A stretch of 64,000 nt of DNA, from IMG/VR virus record IMGVR_UViG_3300037440_000315, positions 1-64,000 of that record; one strand, 5' to 3'. The stretch is from a virus (taxonomy: Duplodnaviria; Caudoviricetes). The position numbers were made by a program, and so were the translations under genes. The notes beneath the pieces are model-generated. The model saw nothing but the letters and a program-made list of their open reading frames with translations. It had not been told where the DNA came from and searched no databases. Below, piece by piece: positions 26,483-36,855 of the stretch (its first letter is position 1; each line of letters opens with the position of its first letter).

Positions 26483-29400
26483 CTATTGCAGCGGCGCGCC
26501 TTCACCGATCGAGAAGTCCCGACGATAGAGATCGGAGATGATCGCCTTCTGACCGTCTTCAAGAATGCGCTCCCGCGCGACGGGCCAGCCTTTCACGACA
26601 TCATTATAAGACGGAAGCTTCTTGCCCTTGATCCGGTCCACCAGTTCCTTGTGAACGTCCGGCGCCGCGGCTTCCAGTTCATCAAAGACCGTATCGACCC
26701 GGAGCGGCTTTTTCTGTTCCCAGCCCCGCACTTTCAATGCGATCAGCGCGTTGCGCGCCTCGCGCATGGAGATGTCGGAAAGAAGATCGGCGACGGTGCG
26801 CATCTGTTGCGGCGTCAGTTCGATCTGCTTGCCCTTGCCGCCTTTGTAGAGCCGGTTGAGGTTGATTTCCTTCTTCATGCCGCCGGTGATGGTGACAAGC
26901 TCTTGCGCCCGCTCCATTGGATGCAGGCGGCGATATTTCGAGCGATTGCCGCTATTGCCAGCCTTGAGGAGGGCATAGGCGCGTTCTTCGTCCGGCAGCC
27001 GGTCAAGCAATTCCTGCGCACCCATGACATCGCGCACCTTGTCGACGAGATGCTTGTATCCGTTCGCCGCTTGAACGAACGTGCCGTTCTCCATCGACAT
27101 CATGTCCCAGAACTGGCGAACGGACGTTGATCCGCGCTTTGGATCGGTCGTGAACCGGCGGATGAAGAAATAGTCCTGCACAGCCGGATCGGCAACCGGC
27201 CCCGTCGGCAATCCGAATGCACCGTCGGTTACCTTCCCGAGCGCGGGCATGAACTGATCGGATGCGTTCACGAATTCACGGCCGTAGGATGCACCGAACC
27301 CGGTGATGAAATGATCGACATAAGCCGGTGAAACTCCGGCCTGCTTGCCGAACCATTTCCCGAACTCCGACGCATAGGCGTTGAACTGCAATTCCGGCGG
27401 CAGGCTTTTCAGGAACGGGCCGACGATCGGGCGCCCGGAAAAGAAGCTGTGATCCGTGATCAGCTCAGTCGTTACAGCAACGCCTGGAGCAGAATGCGGC
27501 GGAACGGTGATTTCATAAAGCCCGTCGATGAAACGTTCGATCGATGTGGGGTCATCCCGATAGGTATAATCGAACGTGCGCTCTACAAGGTTGGAGAAGA
27601 ATGCCAACTCGAACGGCTTCGGGATGCGCACCCATTCACCGTTAACGCGGATCAGCCAGTGCGTCGCCTTGACGTAATCGCTGATTTCTTCGTATTCTTC
27701 GTCATCTTTGTAGAGCAAACTGAGCCCGAGGCCAATCATGCCGAGTGCAACCATATAGCCCCAGACCTGCGCCGCCTGCTTCATGTTGCCTTGCTCGACA
27801 ATGCTGAGAGGCTGACCGGTGCGGGACTTGATGTACGGGCTGATCGCCGTGCGCAAAACCCTGTCGGCATCGACCTTGCCGGTGAGCCCGCGGATGCCAC
27901 GATCCAGGCCCTGCAATGCTGCGTTGAAAAAGGGGATGAGGCGTCGTGCAGAAAGCATTCTTGACCCGCGCCGGCCAAAATCGATATAGTCGCGAGCGAT
28001 GAAAGCAGCCTCGACGGCGGATTCCCAATCGGTCAAACCGTCTGTCTTGGATCTGTCGAACGCCTTCTGGAATACACCAAGGCGCGTGCCAGTTTCGGCG
28101 AATTCCGTCATGCGCCAGAAATCGCGGGTGAATGGATTGAGCGTGAACCTGATGCCCTTGCGGCGAAGCTGAAGGATTTCGCGTTTGATCCGGCTTTCAT
28201 GCTGGGCCGCAACGTTCGCACCGCCCATGATGCCGCCGACGCGGGAGTAGATGCGCGATACATCGCTCAGCGTCAGATCGTTATAGATACCGCGGGCGCC
28301 GTCATAGAAGGGAACGAAGTCTCGCGTCAGCACCCATGCCGACATTTGGTCTCTCAGGAAATTAGCGCCTATGAAATCAGCGGATGCTGTCACACCGATC
28401 CGGAGCGCCGTTGACGGCAGGGACAAAAGATTGACCCACCACTCCGTTGCCTCCCGGTTCAGACCCGTGATGGCATGCAGCATATCGTGGCCGAACTTGC
28501 CGTCAGCCAGGCGAAGCGGAATGCGTTTGCCCCCTTCCCACAGGTAGATGATGGCTTCGCCTTTTTCCGACACTTCCCCGGCGCGCCAGATCTGCGCGAC
28601 CGCATTGCCGCCAAGCTGATCGTCTACAGCCTGCAACATGATCTGCATGTCGGCCGGATCGATACCGGCAGCGCGCGATGCAGACTTTATCGCCTCCTGA
28701 ATATTGGCTTGCGACGCCTTCATTTCGTGCGAGGGAATGCGTTCGGCGAACTTGCCGCCAACCGGCCCGGCGGCGCGGGCGAGCGCGTCAAGCGCTCTGA
28801 TCGCATCGTTGCGCGCGATGATCATCGCCGTCTCGTAGCTGTCCTTGGCAATTGATTCCAGCGGATTGATCACATCGCGCTGCGAGCCGCGGAACCGGCT
28901 GATGATCGAGTATTTGTCTTTCCGAGCCGCAGACCGTCCTTCGACGCCGCCGCGATCGCTCATATCGCGCATTACGGGCACGTAATCCTGCCGGCTGATC
29001 AGTTCATCGTAAAGCTCCGGGGTGATCAGCCCGGCATCCCGCTTCTTGCGCAGCATGTTGTTCAGATATTCGTAGACCTGTTGCGCGCCTTGAGTAAAGC
29101 CGGGATATTTGCCTTCGAAATCCTTGATCGCCTGCTGGTGATCGGCAAGGCTGAACTTGTCCGGCGGCGCGGAGAGGTCGCCATTCTGGAACCGGCCCCA
29201 TTCCTGCACCATGCGGCGGGAGGTCAGATAAGCACCGAAGTCGGTTGAGACTTCTTCGTTCCACTGAGTTTTATCGAGACCGCCGAATGCTGTTGCGACA
29301 GCCTCTCGCAGCCCCGGCCCTTGCGGCGTGATGCTCTTGTAATCGTGAACCCCGTGCAGCAAATCCATGTGTCCGGCCGCATAGCCATCACGCGCAAGTC

Positions 29401-32400
29401 GCAGCAGCTTATAGGCGTTGTTGGTCGCCTTGACATCAATCTTGTCGCGGACGTTCGCCGGGAAACTCTGCTTTGCGATTTCCAGCAGACCGTCAACCGC
29501 CATGCGGATCGGGTGCAGATCGTCGAAGACGGCCGTGTAGGCGCGATCGATCCAATTGTGGAAGGTGTTGCGAAGTCCCTCTTCCTTGAATTCGGTCACG
29601 ATTTCCTTGACGCTTCCCGGCTGGATCGTGGTAACGATGGAAGACGCGACCGCGCCGCCGGATGGCGCATTGATCCATTGCTGATAACCGTCACGAATGG
29701 ATTGCAGGCTTGCCAGTAAGTCGGGATCTTGCGCATCGAGGAACTCCTCGAATTCCTGTTCGAAGCCCGGAGCCGCCCGCGTGCTTGCCGCCGGATTGGT
29801 GACATAGCGGCGGAACCATTCCGCAAAGCCCTCAGAGAGCGCGTCAGGGCCGGGGGAAGCCAGCGGGGTTAGTTCGGCTGCATGGGTCAGCTTGATGGCG
29901 TCCAAGTCGGCCTTGAAGCGGTTTTCGAGCGCATGACCGCCTTCATGGGCAAGCGTGTCGATCTCGTTCGAGACGCGGAGCCGGATGACGCCGGTCTCCA
30001 TTGAGGTCTGACCGCGAACATCCTGACCCGCCATGCTGGCGCGGCGCTTCAATCCGGGGTCGAGACGGCCTTGTCGCACGACGAGCCCGAGCGCCTTGTT
30101 GAATGCGCCGACGAGATCGGCCAAGGATTGATCCGGACGTTCAGTCCCAGCCTTCGGCTGACGAACGGGACTGTCGGCAATGCGGCCAGCCGTCGCCTGA
30201 ATGGCGCGCGTACCGGTAGCCACCTCCGGCGCAAACTCCGGAAACGCCTCATTGAACCGTGCCTTGAACTCTCCTTCATCGATCCGGGTGAAAACATCAT
30301 CCGATATCTGGAAGCCATCGCCTCGCATGAAGCTGGAGACGCGGGCGATGAAATCCTTGATCCTCTGGAATACCGCGGCGATGGTTCCGGTGAACTGTTT
30401 CTTGCCGAGGTGGAATTCGCTATATTGTTCGGCGATGGCTTCCTTGATGAGGAGATCGTTCATCTCCGTCTCACTCATGCCGCCCTTGTAAACGGCCTCG
30501 TAAGCCTGCCGGACGCCGGTTGTCTCCACCCAGCCATTACGCCTTGCCGCCGTCTTGAACGTGTTCCATTCCTTCTCGGTGAACATGCCCATTGCCTTGA
30601 AGAATTCAACGGCTTCATGGCGGAGAACCCGGACGGCTTCCTGAACTGTGGTGACGCCTTTTGCTTTTGCCTCGGCTTCCACTGCGTTCATGCCTATGGA
30701 GATAAGCATGTTGTAGGGATCTGTCTGGCCTAGAGCTTCGGGTTGATCCTGACGACGCATGGCGTTGACGATAGATGGATCGGTCGGGTCGAAGGTTCCT
30801 CTGTTGCCTATGGCCGATTTGATCTGATTGGGCTCGAATGCAAGATAAATCGTCGAAGGCTGCCCTTCAACCGTATCGATCGCGTTGTTCAGGATAACGC
30901 CGTCGTGGCCACCTCGCGCGGCTTCAACGAGCGCATTGCGAACTTTTCCCATGTTGCTGGGGATTGCCAGGCCTTCAAAGTCCACGACCACAGGATTTTG
31001 CAGCGACAGATAAACCGGCATTATCTGTCCGGGCGGTAACTCCCGGCTCGGGATGTCAGTGAAGTCTTCAGCCAGTCGAGGGCTGTCTGTGAAATACAGC
31101 GCACCCATCGAGAAGCGATGCGCCTTCTTTGGATCGAATGCCTTGAAATCTGCCTGCGTGCCGTGATAAACGACTTTCGGCCGCCCGCCTTCATCGACGA
31201 CCTTGCTCTCACTGAACCAGCGCTTGAACTCTGGCGTTTCTGTTGCGGAGCCGGAGCGCAAAGCAAACATCTGATCGACAACGCCCTGCCGTTCTTCAGC
31301 AGAGACAGGCTCGCCGTTCTTTTTCGTGATCTTGACGAGGGAGTCGTCGAAAATTACGATGTTGCGGGTGCCGTCGCCGGTGTCGCGGGAGCCTTGATCC
31401 AGATAGCGGATTCCGGGAATGCCCGCTTCGCGGAGTACCTCCATGACACCGGAATCGGATGCCGTTTCATCGGCAATCTTACTGACGGGCATATCATCTG
31501 GCAAGGACACGACCTTCCAGTCTGACCGTTTGGCGACCAAATCTTCAGCAACTTTTCGACTATAAATGGGGCTAGCCAATTTACCATTAGACAGCCTGAT
31601 ATTTACAAGATTTTCTAATGCGGCTCTTACTTTTACGCTCTGCTCGCTTAGCGGCAGATCCCAATCCAGCAACTGCTCTGGCTCTACGTCGATCTCGACT
31701 TCGTAGAGGCCGCCGGAACGTGGGTCGACAGTGACCTCGCCGCTTTTGACAAGCTGATGAAGCTGCGCGTGCTGGTCGGAGTATTTGCGATTGCTCCATG
31801 TCATATCCAGGAATTCGGAGAGCGTGGCGCGATCAGCACCAACATTGTTCACATATTCCTGCCATTGAGTGCGGGCGAATGCCTGCATTTCCGGCTCGAC
31901 AGTGTCGAAAAATCTTAAGCTTTCGGCATCGACCTTCCCTAGTTTGAGCTGGTACGCCTTCGCAACATTTGGCTCTTCGGCAAAATACAAGCCGTGCCCG
32001 AACGCCTGCGCGCCTTCTCCCGTTCCGATCCGGTCCATTGAGAACCTGTCGAAATCATGGGGAGAGCCGTGGAACGCGCGAAGCGCGAACATCTGGTCTA
32101 CGGCTTGCTGGCGCTCAGCCGCCTTAACAGGCTTGCCGTTCTTTTTCGTGATCTTCAGGATTGAATCATCGAAAATTACATAGTTCTCTGCACCAGAATC
32201 TCCGATGAATCGAACACCGGAAACGCCGATCTCGCGCAATGCAGCGCTGGCACGGTCGGCCCCGCCAAGCGTTGCGGCGAGCGAGCGGTAAGCGTCCGCG
32301 AAGTATCGCTCAGCTATGCCCTTGTCATTGAAGAATGCTTGCACATCCTCTGATTGCTCAGATAGCTTTGCGTCCCAGTCCGCTAATTGCTCGCGCTCGG

Positions 32401-35400
32401 CATTTACCTCGACTTCATAGAGCACGCCGGGCGATTCAATGTCGGCGGCCTTTACCAGCGCAATATCCGCCAACCTCTGGTCGATTTCCTCAAGTTGGCC
32501 GGGACGCAATTCTTCTGCGTTCACTTTGGAGAGGCGCTCGCGCAGCGCGATATCCGATTGCTCCAGAAGATCGAGTCTGCCTTCGAGCTTTGCCACAGCA
32601 TATGAGCGGATACCGGGATCGGTGATCGCCTCGCCGTTCATCGTCAGGCGAACTTCGGTCAGCGCAATCCGGTAAGATTCTCCAATGCGCTCCTCAGAAC
32701 TCAGATAGATGCCGGATGCTTCTTCCTGATATCCGGTTCCGGTTCCGCTCTTCGACATATCGAACCTGTCGAAATCATGCGGCGAACCGTGGAACGCCCG
32801 GACGGCAAGCATCTGATCCTTCGCCGCCCTTGCCTCAAGCGGAAGGTTTCGGTAAACCTCAATCAGCCGTCCACGCTCTTTGACAAGTTCCCTGCGGCGT
32901 TCTTCGCGTTTTGCTGACGGGATGCGCATGATGCGACCGAGCCCGGCGGACAGGCTGCGGAGTTCGCTGTCTATACGGTCAAGCTCGTTGCTGATTTCAA
33001 CCGCGCGGGCTGCTTCTGCATCCTCGCCCACTATAGCAGATGGATCGGATTCTGTCTGCCCCCGTCCTGTACGGAGAGCATAAGATATACGAGGGTCTGT
33101 TGGATCGAAGGTGCCACGGTTGCCGGTGGCGGATTTGATCTGCGTCGGTTCGAAAACGACGCCTATTAATTCGTTCCCATCTGTGGGATCTATGCCGAAA
33201 AAACCATCATGATGGTCCGCAGCGGTGCCGAGAAAATCGACCCATCGCTCAGATGGCCCCAGTCCAGTCTCTTCATAAGAGTAGAGCCGCGTTTCTCTAA
33301 TCAGGTCAAGTACAGCATCATCTGACATTTCTTCGCCAGAGTGCCTGTCTACCCAGCCGCCTTCCTCTCTCCAGAAGTCAATCCAGTCGCGGACCCATTG
33401 TGCGCCAACATGATCTTCATTTTCTGGCATAAACGGGTTCTGAGCGCTAAGATATACAGTCGTTACCCTGCCTGATGCTGGAGCATATGATGCCGCCAAG
33501 TCCGGGCTTCGGGAGAAGAAATAGCCGTATGATCCCGCTTTTCGGCCAAAGATGCCGTCATTGGTTTCGTCGAAGGTTCCCCCATGATACATGACAAGGG
33601 GCTCGCCATTTTCGTCCACTATCTTACTCTGGCCAAACCACCGGCGAAACGCAGTTTCTTCCCTTATCGCCAGCATCTGATCTTCTCGCCTTAGCGTCGC
33701 GATTGCGATATTATCGCGAACGTCTATGCTGACGGCTTCGGGGAGGATCTTTGCGGCGGCGCGGTCGAGGGCGGCGTTGAGTTCGGTCTTTGCGGCTTCC
33801 GCTTTCGGCGTCAGCACGACATTGCCAACACCTGGGATTGTATCGGGCAAGTTCTCCGGGATCACCATCGCCGCGAAGCTTCCCGATTTCTGGGACTGCG
33901 GCACACGGCGGACATTGCCGTTTCTATCCCGGCGAAGGAAGCCTTTTCTTACCGCTTCATCAATGAGCGGAGCAAGCTGTTCTTCGGATATTCCGAGGGT
34001 AGACGCCCATTTTGAACGCGGGGTCTTGCTGTTCAGGATGGATGCGAAGGACTGGCGGATCTGCTGCGGATCTGCTGCAGCACGCTCCGGGACAGGAATG
34101 TTACCTTCGCGAGCCAGGCGGTTGGCAGAGCTAACCCATTGGGTGATAAGTCTCGCTACCGGCCTTGCGTCAAGATCATCCAACGCTGCCGCATCGCCAG
34201 TCATATCACCAACGACTTGCCCGAGCGCTTCCCAATCGTTGTTCAGAACATGCTCGTTGCCTTCGGCAGCTTTTTTGGCCAGACGTTCGACAAGCGTCTT
34301 CGCTTCGCCCGTAAAAACATTGCGCTTCAGCAGCGAAGCAGCATCTTCCCGCAAGATGTTGAAGCGTTCGGCAATCTCGGTTCCGCTGGATGCACGCGCA
34401 AAATCGGTCAGGGTTGATCCGACTTCCTTGCGCCGGGGTGCTTGCGCTTTTTCTGCCTGCTCACCGCGCAGCGTGGCCTTGGCCTGTGCGATCTGCTCCG
34501 GCGATGCTTGTCCGAATTCCGTCGGCGCGATATAATCATCGCCATACCGGCTTTGCTCGAAAATCGACCTTGTCGAGCCGTCCGGTTTGAAGCGCTCTTT
34601 GAAAGAGTTGAGAATATTCGCCTTCGTGCCGGTTGCCGATATGCCGGTCTGGCGCGCGACTTCCTTCAGTTCCGCGACGGTCAGCGACGGCAGCGTATCA
34701 TAGGCTACGGGGAGCGTATCGCGGATTTGCGCTGTCTGCCGTGCCGGGCGCTGGGCTTTCGCCTGTCTCGGCTTCGGCAGTGAGGCAATCAGTTCATCGA
34801 AGCCTGCCGCAAGTTCTGGCGACGCTTTTGCAACAAGTTCGCGAACCTGTGCGATCTGCTGATCGTTGAGACCGCGACGGATCGCCATTGCGGCAATGGT
34901 CGGCGCGTCTTCATTGCGGATTGCCATCTCTTCGATGAGATTGGCGATGTCTTCTTCGTTTTCCGAGATCCGGCTGATGATCTCGGTTTTCTCATCCGGC
35001 GTCAGTCTGCTATAAGCATCTGCGAGTACGGGAGATCCGGCTTCGGCGTCCAGATCCTCGATGACCGGGAGAATGGACTCCTGCTCGTAGGCTTGGAGTT
35101 CGGGGTCGAGAGCGGCGGGTTCGGCTTGTGTCTCGCCCGCAAGTTCGGCAAGCCTATCTATTGCGGCCCGTTCTTCTCCAGACGGTTCAGCTGAAAACGT
35201 CGCCAGATCTTCATCATCCAGAAGATCCGTCGCGCCGAGTTCATCGCCCGCACCGTACCGACCAGACGCGCGGCTTTTTACATTGAAAATCGCCTGCCGT
35301 TCTTCAGGCGTCAGTTGCTCAAGAACTGCTTGGCTTTCCGACGATAGATCATCTATCTCTATCGCATCGTTGAAATAGCGGTTTAATTCGTTCTGTACGG

Positions 35401-36823
35401 CGTTTGGAGCCGCCTGCGTGTCCACAGCCTCCGGCTCGACATCGCTCGTCTGCGGCGCAACCTGCGGCTCCTGCGGTGCTTCTACAGCCTGTTCCGTTAC
35501 ATCAAGCTTGTCCTGCTTTGTTTCACGGGCAACCTGCTGCCCCTGGTCCATAGGATTGTCGATGGCTTCGGCAATTTCTTCGATGGTCAGATCATCGTCT
35601 GTCGCCGTAGCCTGGCCGCCACCCTTGCGGCCTCCGGCAAACCGTGCAATCAACTGGCGTCCGACTTCGGCGATACCGCCAACGCCCGCGCCGAGACCAG
35701 CCTCCGGCGCAATGCCTTCGGTCAATCCCTGCTCAGGATTGTAGGCTTCACGGGCGATCAGGTTCTGCAGGAACGCCTGACCCCCCTCCTGCAGACCCTC
35801 GATGAACGCTTGGCCTCCGATACGCCCGATGGCTTGCGCGAATGGACGCCGGAAGGGCTGCGGGATTTTCAGCCTGCCAAGCAGGACTTCCACAGGGAGC
35901 AGGTCGGTCGCGCCGGGAGCGACGCCCCACAGAGCGGATGTGGCAATCTGCTGCTCGGTCAGGCCCGGCTTGCCTTCCTTGCGAAGCTGCTTGTCATGCT
36001 GGACGGCACGCTCAACCGCTTCGCCAGACCCTGCCGTCCCAAAGAACGCCAGCGCAGGCGCGCGGCCAAGGAACCCGGCCGGTAGACCGGCGAGCAAAGA
36101 CCCGATGCCTTCGCCAAGCTGACGCCCTACCGCTTCCCGATAGGCCGGGTCTGCGGGCAGGATGCTTTCGGCAAAGTCGGTGACTTTCTGACCCGCTCCG
36201 AATAGCGTGCGCTCAGTCGTCGGTGTGACTGGCGATGCAAAGCCTTCAAGGCGCTCCCGGTAAGCTTGGCGCTGTTCCGGCGACATGCCCTGATAGGCGG
36301 AAACTTCGATTTCAAATCCGGTGGAGTCGGCAGGCTGCTCGCCGCGATCGAGGCTATCGAACATCGCAAGCTGACGCTGGGCATCCGTCTGGCTCGCCAG
36401 CATGCTGGATGACTGCAGCCCGGCCGTGCCCTTGAGCGTGGACCCGGCAAACCGGATCGCGCCGGGGATTATACCTTTCGCGAACTCGCCATATTGCTGC
36501 GGATCTGCTATACCTTCAAGGAAGCTGTCGCCGCGCTGCTTGTCCAGCGTTTCCTTCTCGCGCCGCTTGCGCTCTTGGTTCTCACGGTTAACTCGTTCGT
36601 AATGCTCATCGGCAAGCCAGTTGACCTTGACGCCGGCGACGGGTTCGAATGTTTGATCCGGGGTGACAGGCGCAGGCGGTTCTGGCGTGACGATTTCGGT
36701 GGCGTCCGGCTCGCGGTCGTAAACGGAGAAAAAGTTTTTCGGCCCCTCGCTGGGAACGTCGCGCGCGATTGGTTCGGCTTCGTCGTCAGCAAAGCCGTAC
36801 TGCTCAAAGAAGTTCTCTGCCAA
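26483..36823 (-). CDS. Giant polyvalent internal virion/ejection protein (SAP-like, 4 ART-like domains, zincin HExxH, C-terminal LPD38-like)
   Basis: 3446 aa at the T7 gp16 position; FxxWFxxSKxVD..G.P.V.YHG x2, AFHGSPHDFDRF x2, LAHEGGH..EGFAE, IPKPFE. Confidence 0.85.
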   Translation of the reverse strand: MAENFFEQYGFADDEAEPIARDVPSEGPKNFFSVYDREPDATEIVTPEPPAPVTPDQTFEPVAGVKVNWLADEHYERVNRENQERKRREKETLDKQRGDSFLEGIADPQQYGEFAKGIIPGAIRFAGSTLKGTAGLQSSSMLASQTDAQRQLAMFDSLDRGEQPADSTGFEIEVSAYQGMSPEQRQAYRERLEGFASPVTPTTERTLFGAGQKVTDFAESILPADPAYREAVGRQLGEGIGSLLAGLPAGFLGRAPALAFFGTAGSGEAVERAVQHDKQLRKEGKPGLTEQQIATSALWGVAPGATDLLPVEVLLGRLKIPQPFRRPFAQAIGRIGGQAFIEGLQEGGQAFLQNLIAREAYNPEQGLTEGIAPEAGLGAGVGGIAEVGRQLIARFAGGRKGGGQATATDDDLTIEEIAEAIDNPMDQGQQVARETKQDKLDVTEQAVEAPQEPQVAPQTSDVEPEAVDTQAAPNAVQNELNRYFNDAIEIDDLSSESQAVLEQLTPEERQAIFNVKSRASGRYGAGDELGATDLLDDEDLATFSAEPSGEERAAIDRLAELAGETQAEPAALDPELQAYEQESILPVIEDLDAEAGSPVLADAYSRLTPDEKTEIISRISENEEDIANLIEEMAIRNEDAPTIAAMAIRRGLNDQQIAQVRELVAKASPELAAGFDELIASLPKPRQAKAQRPARQTAQIRDTLPVAYDTLPSLTVAELKEVARQTGISATGTKANILNSFKERFKPDGSTRSIFEQSRYGDDYIAPTEFGQASPEQIAQAKATLRGEQAEKAQAPRRKEVGSTLTDFARASSGTEIAERFNILREDAASLLKRNVFTGEAKTLVERLAKKAAEGNEHVLNNDWEALGQVVGDMTGDAAALDDLDARPVARLITQWVSSANRLAREGNIPVPERAAADPQQIRQSFASILNSKTPRSKWASTLGISEEQLAPLIDEAVRKGFLRRDRNGNVRRVPQSQKSGSFAAMVIPENLPDTIPGVGNVVLTPKAEAAKTELNAALDRAAAKILPEAVSIDVRDNIAIATLRREDQMLAIREETAFRRWFGQSKIVDENGEPLVMYHGGTFDETNDGIFGRKAGSYGYFFSRSPDLAASYAPASGRVTTVYLSAQNPFMPENEDHVGAQWVRDWIDFWREEGGWVDRHSGEEMSDDAVLDLIRETRLYSYEETGLGPSERWVDFLGTAADHHDGFFGIDPTDGNELIGVVFEPTQIKSATGNRGTFDPTDPRISYALRTGRGQTESDPSAIVGEDAEAARAVEISNELDRIDSELRSLSAGLGRIMRIPSAKREERRRELVKERGRLIEVYRNLPLEARAAKDQMLAVRAFHGSPHDFDRFDMSKSGTGTGYQEEASGIYLSSEERIGESYRIALTEVRLTMNGEAITDPGIRSYAVAKLEGRLDLLEQSDIALRERLSKVNAEELRPGQLEEIDQRLADIALVKAADIESPGVLYEVEVNAEREQLADWDAKLSEQSEDVQAFFNDKGIAERYFADAYRSLAATLGGADRASAALREIGVSGVRFIGDSGAENYVIFDDSILKITKKNGKPVKAAERQQAVDQMFALRAFHGSPHDFDRFSMDRIGTGEGAQAFGHGLYFAEEPNVAKAYQLKLGKVDAESLRFFDTVEPEMQAFARTQWQEYVNNVGADRATLSEFLDMTWSNRKYSDQHAQLHQLVKSGEVTVDPRSGGLYEVEIDVEPEQLLDWDLPLSEQSVKVRAALENLVNIRLSNGKLASPIYSRKVAEDLVAKRSDWKVVSLPDDMPVSKIADETASDSGVMEVLREAGIPGIRYLDQGSRDTGDGTRNIVIFDDSLVKITKKNGEPVSAEERQGVVDQMFALRSGSATETPEFKRWFSESKVVDEGGRPKVVYHGTQADFKAFDPKKAHRFSMGALYFTDSPRLAEDFTDIPSRELPPGQIMPVYLSLQNPVVVDFEGLAIPSNMGKVRNALVEAARGGHDGVILNNAIDTVEGQPSTIYLAFEPNQIKSAIGNRGTFDPTDPSIVNAMRRQDQPEALGQTDPYNMLISIGMNAVEAEAKAKGVTTVQEAVRVLRHEAVEFFKAMGMFTEKEWNTFKTAARRNGWVETTGVRQAYEAVYKGGMSETEMNDLLIKEAIAEQYSEFHLGKKQFTGTIAAVFQRIKDFIARVSSFMRGDGFQISDDVFTRIDEGEFKARFNEAFPEFAPEVATGTRAIQATAGRIADSPVRQPKAGTERPDQSLADLVGAFNKALGLVVRQGRLDPGLKRRASMAGQDVRGQTSMETGVIRLRVSNEIDTLAHEGGHALENRFKADLDAIKLTHAAELTPLASPGPDALSEGFAEWFRRYVTNPAASTRAAPGFEQEFEEFLDAQDPDLLASLQSIRDGYQQWINAPSGGAVASSIVTTIQPGSVKEIVTEFKEEGLRNTFHNWIDRAYTAVFDDLHPIRMAVDGLLEIAKQSFPANVRDKIDVKATNNAYKLLRLARDGYAAGHMDLLHGVHDYKSITPQGPGLREAVATAFGGLDKTQWNEEVSTDFGAYLTSRRMVQEWGRFQNGDLSAPPDKFSLADHQQAIKDFEGKYPGFTQGAQQVYEYLNNMLRKKRDAGLITPELYDELISRQDYVPVMRDMSDRGGVEGRSAARKDKYSIISRFRGSQRDVINPLESIAKDSYETAMIIARNDAIRALDALARAAGPVGGKFAERIPSHEMKASQANIQEAIKSASRAAGIDPADMQIMLQAVDDQLGGNAVAQIWRAGEVSEKGEAIIYLWEGGKRIPLRLADGKFGHDMLHAITGLNREATEWWVNLLSLPSTALRIGVTASADFIGANFLRDQMSAWVLTRDFVPFYDGARGIYNDLTLSDVSRIYSRVGGIMGGANVAAQHESRIKREILQLRRKGIRFTLNPFTRDFWRMTEFAETGTRLGVFQKAFDRSKTDGLTDWESAVEAAFIARDYIDFGRRGSRMLSARRLIPFFNAALQGLDRGIRGLTGKVDADRVLRTAISPYIKSRTGQPLSIVEQGNMKQAAQVWGYMVALGMIGLGLSLLYKDDEEYEEISDYVKATHWLIRVNGEWVRIPKPFELAFFSNLVERTFDYTYRDDPTSIERFIDGLYEITVPPHSAPGVAVTTELITDHSFFSGRPIVGPFLKSLPPELQFNAYASEFGKWFGKQAGVSPAYVDHFITGFGASYGREFVNASDQFMPALGKVTDGAFGLPTGPVADPAVQDYFFIRRFTTDPKRGSTSVRQFWDMMSMENGTFVQAANGYKHLVDKVRDVMGAQELLDRLPDEERAYALLKAGNSGNRSKYRRLHPMERAQELVTITGGMKKEINLNRLYKGGKGKQIELTPQQMRTVADLLSDISMREARNALIALKVRGWEQKKPLRVDTVFDELEAAAPDVHKELVDRIKGKKLPSYNDVVKGWPVARERILEDGQKAIISDLYRRDFSIGEGAPLQ

Positions 36824-36855
36824 AGGTCAGCCTTTGCGATTTGAAATGATGATGG

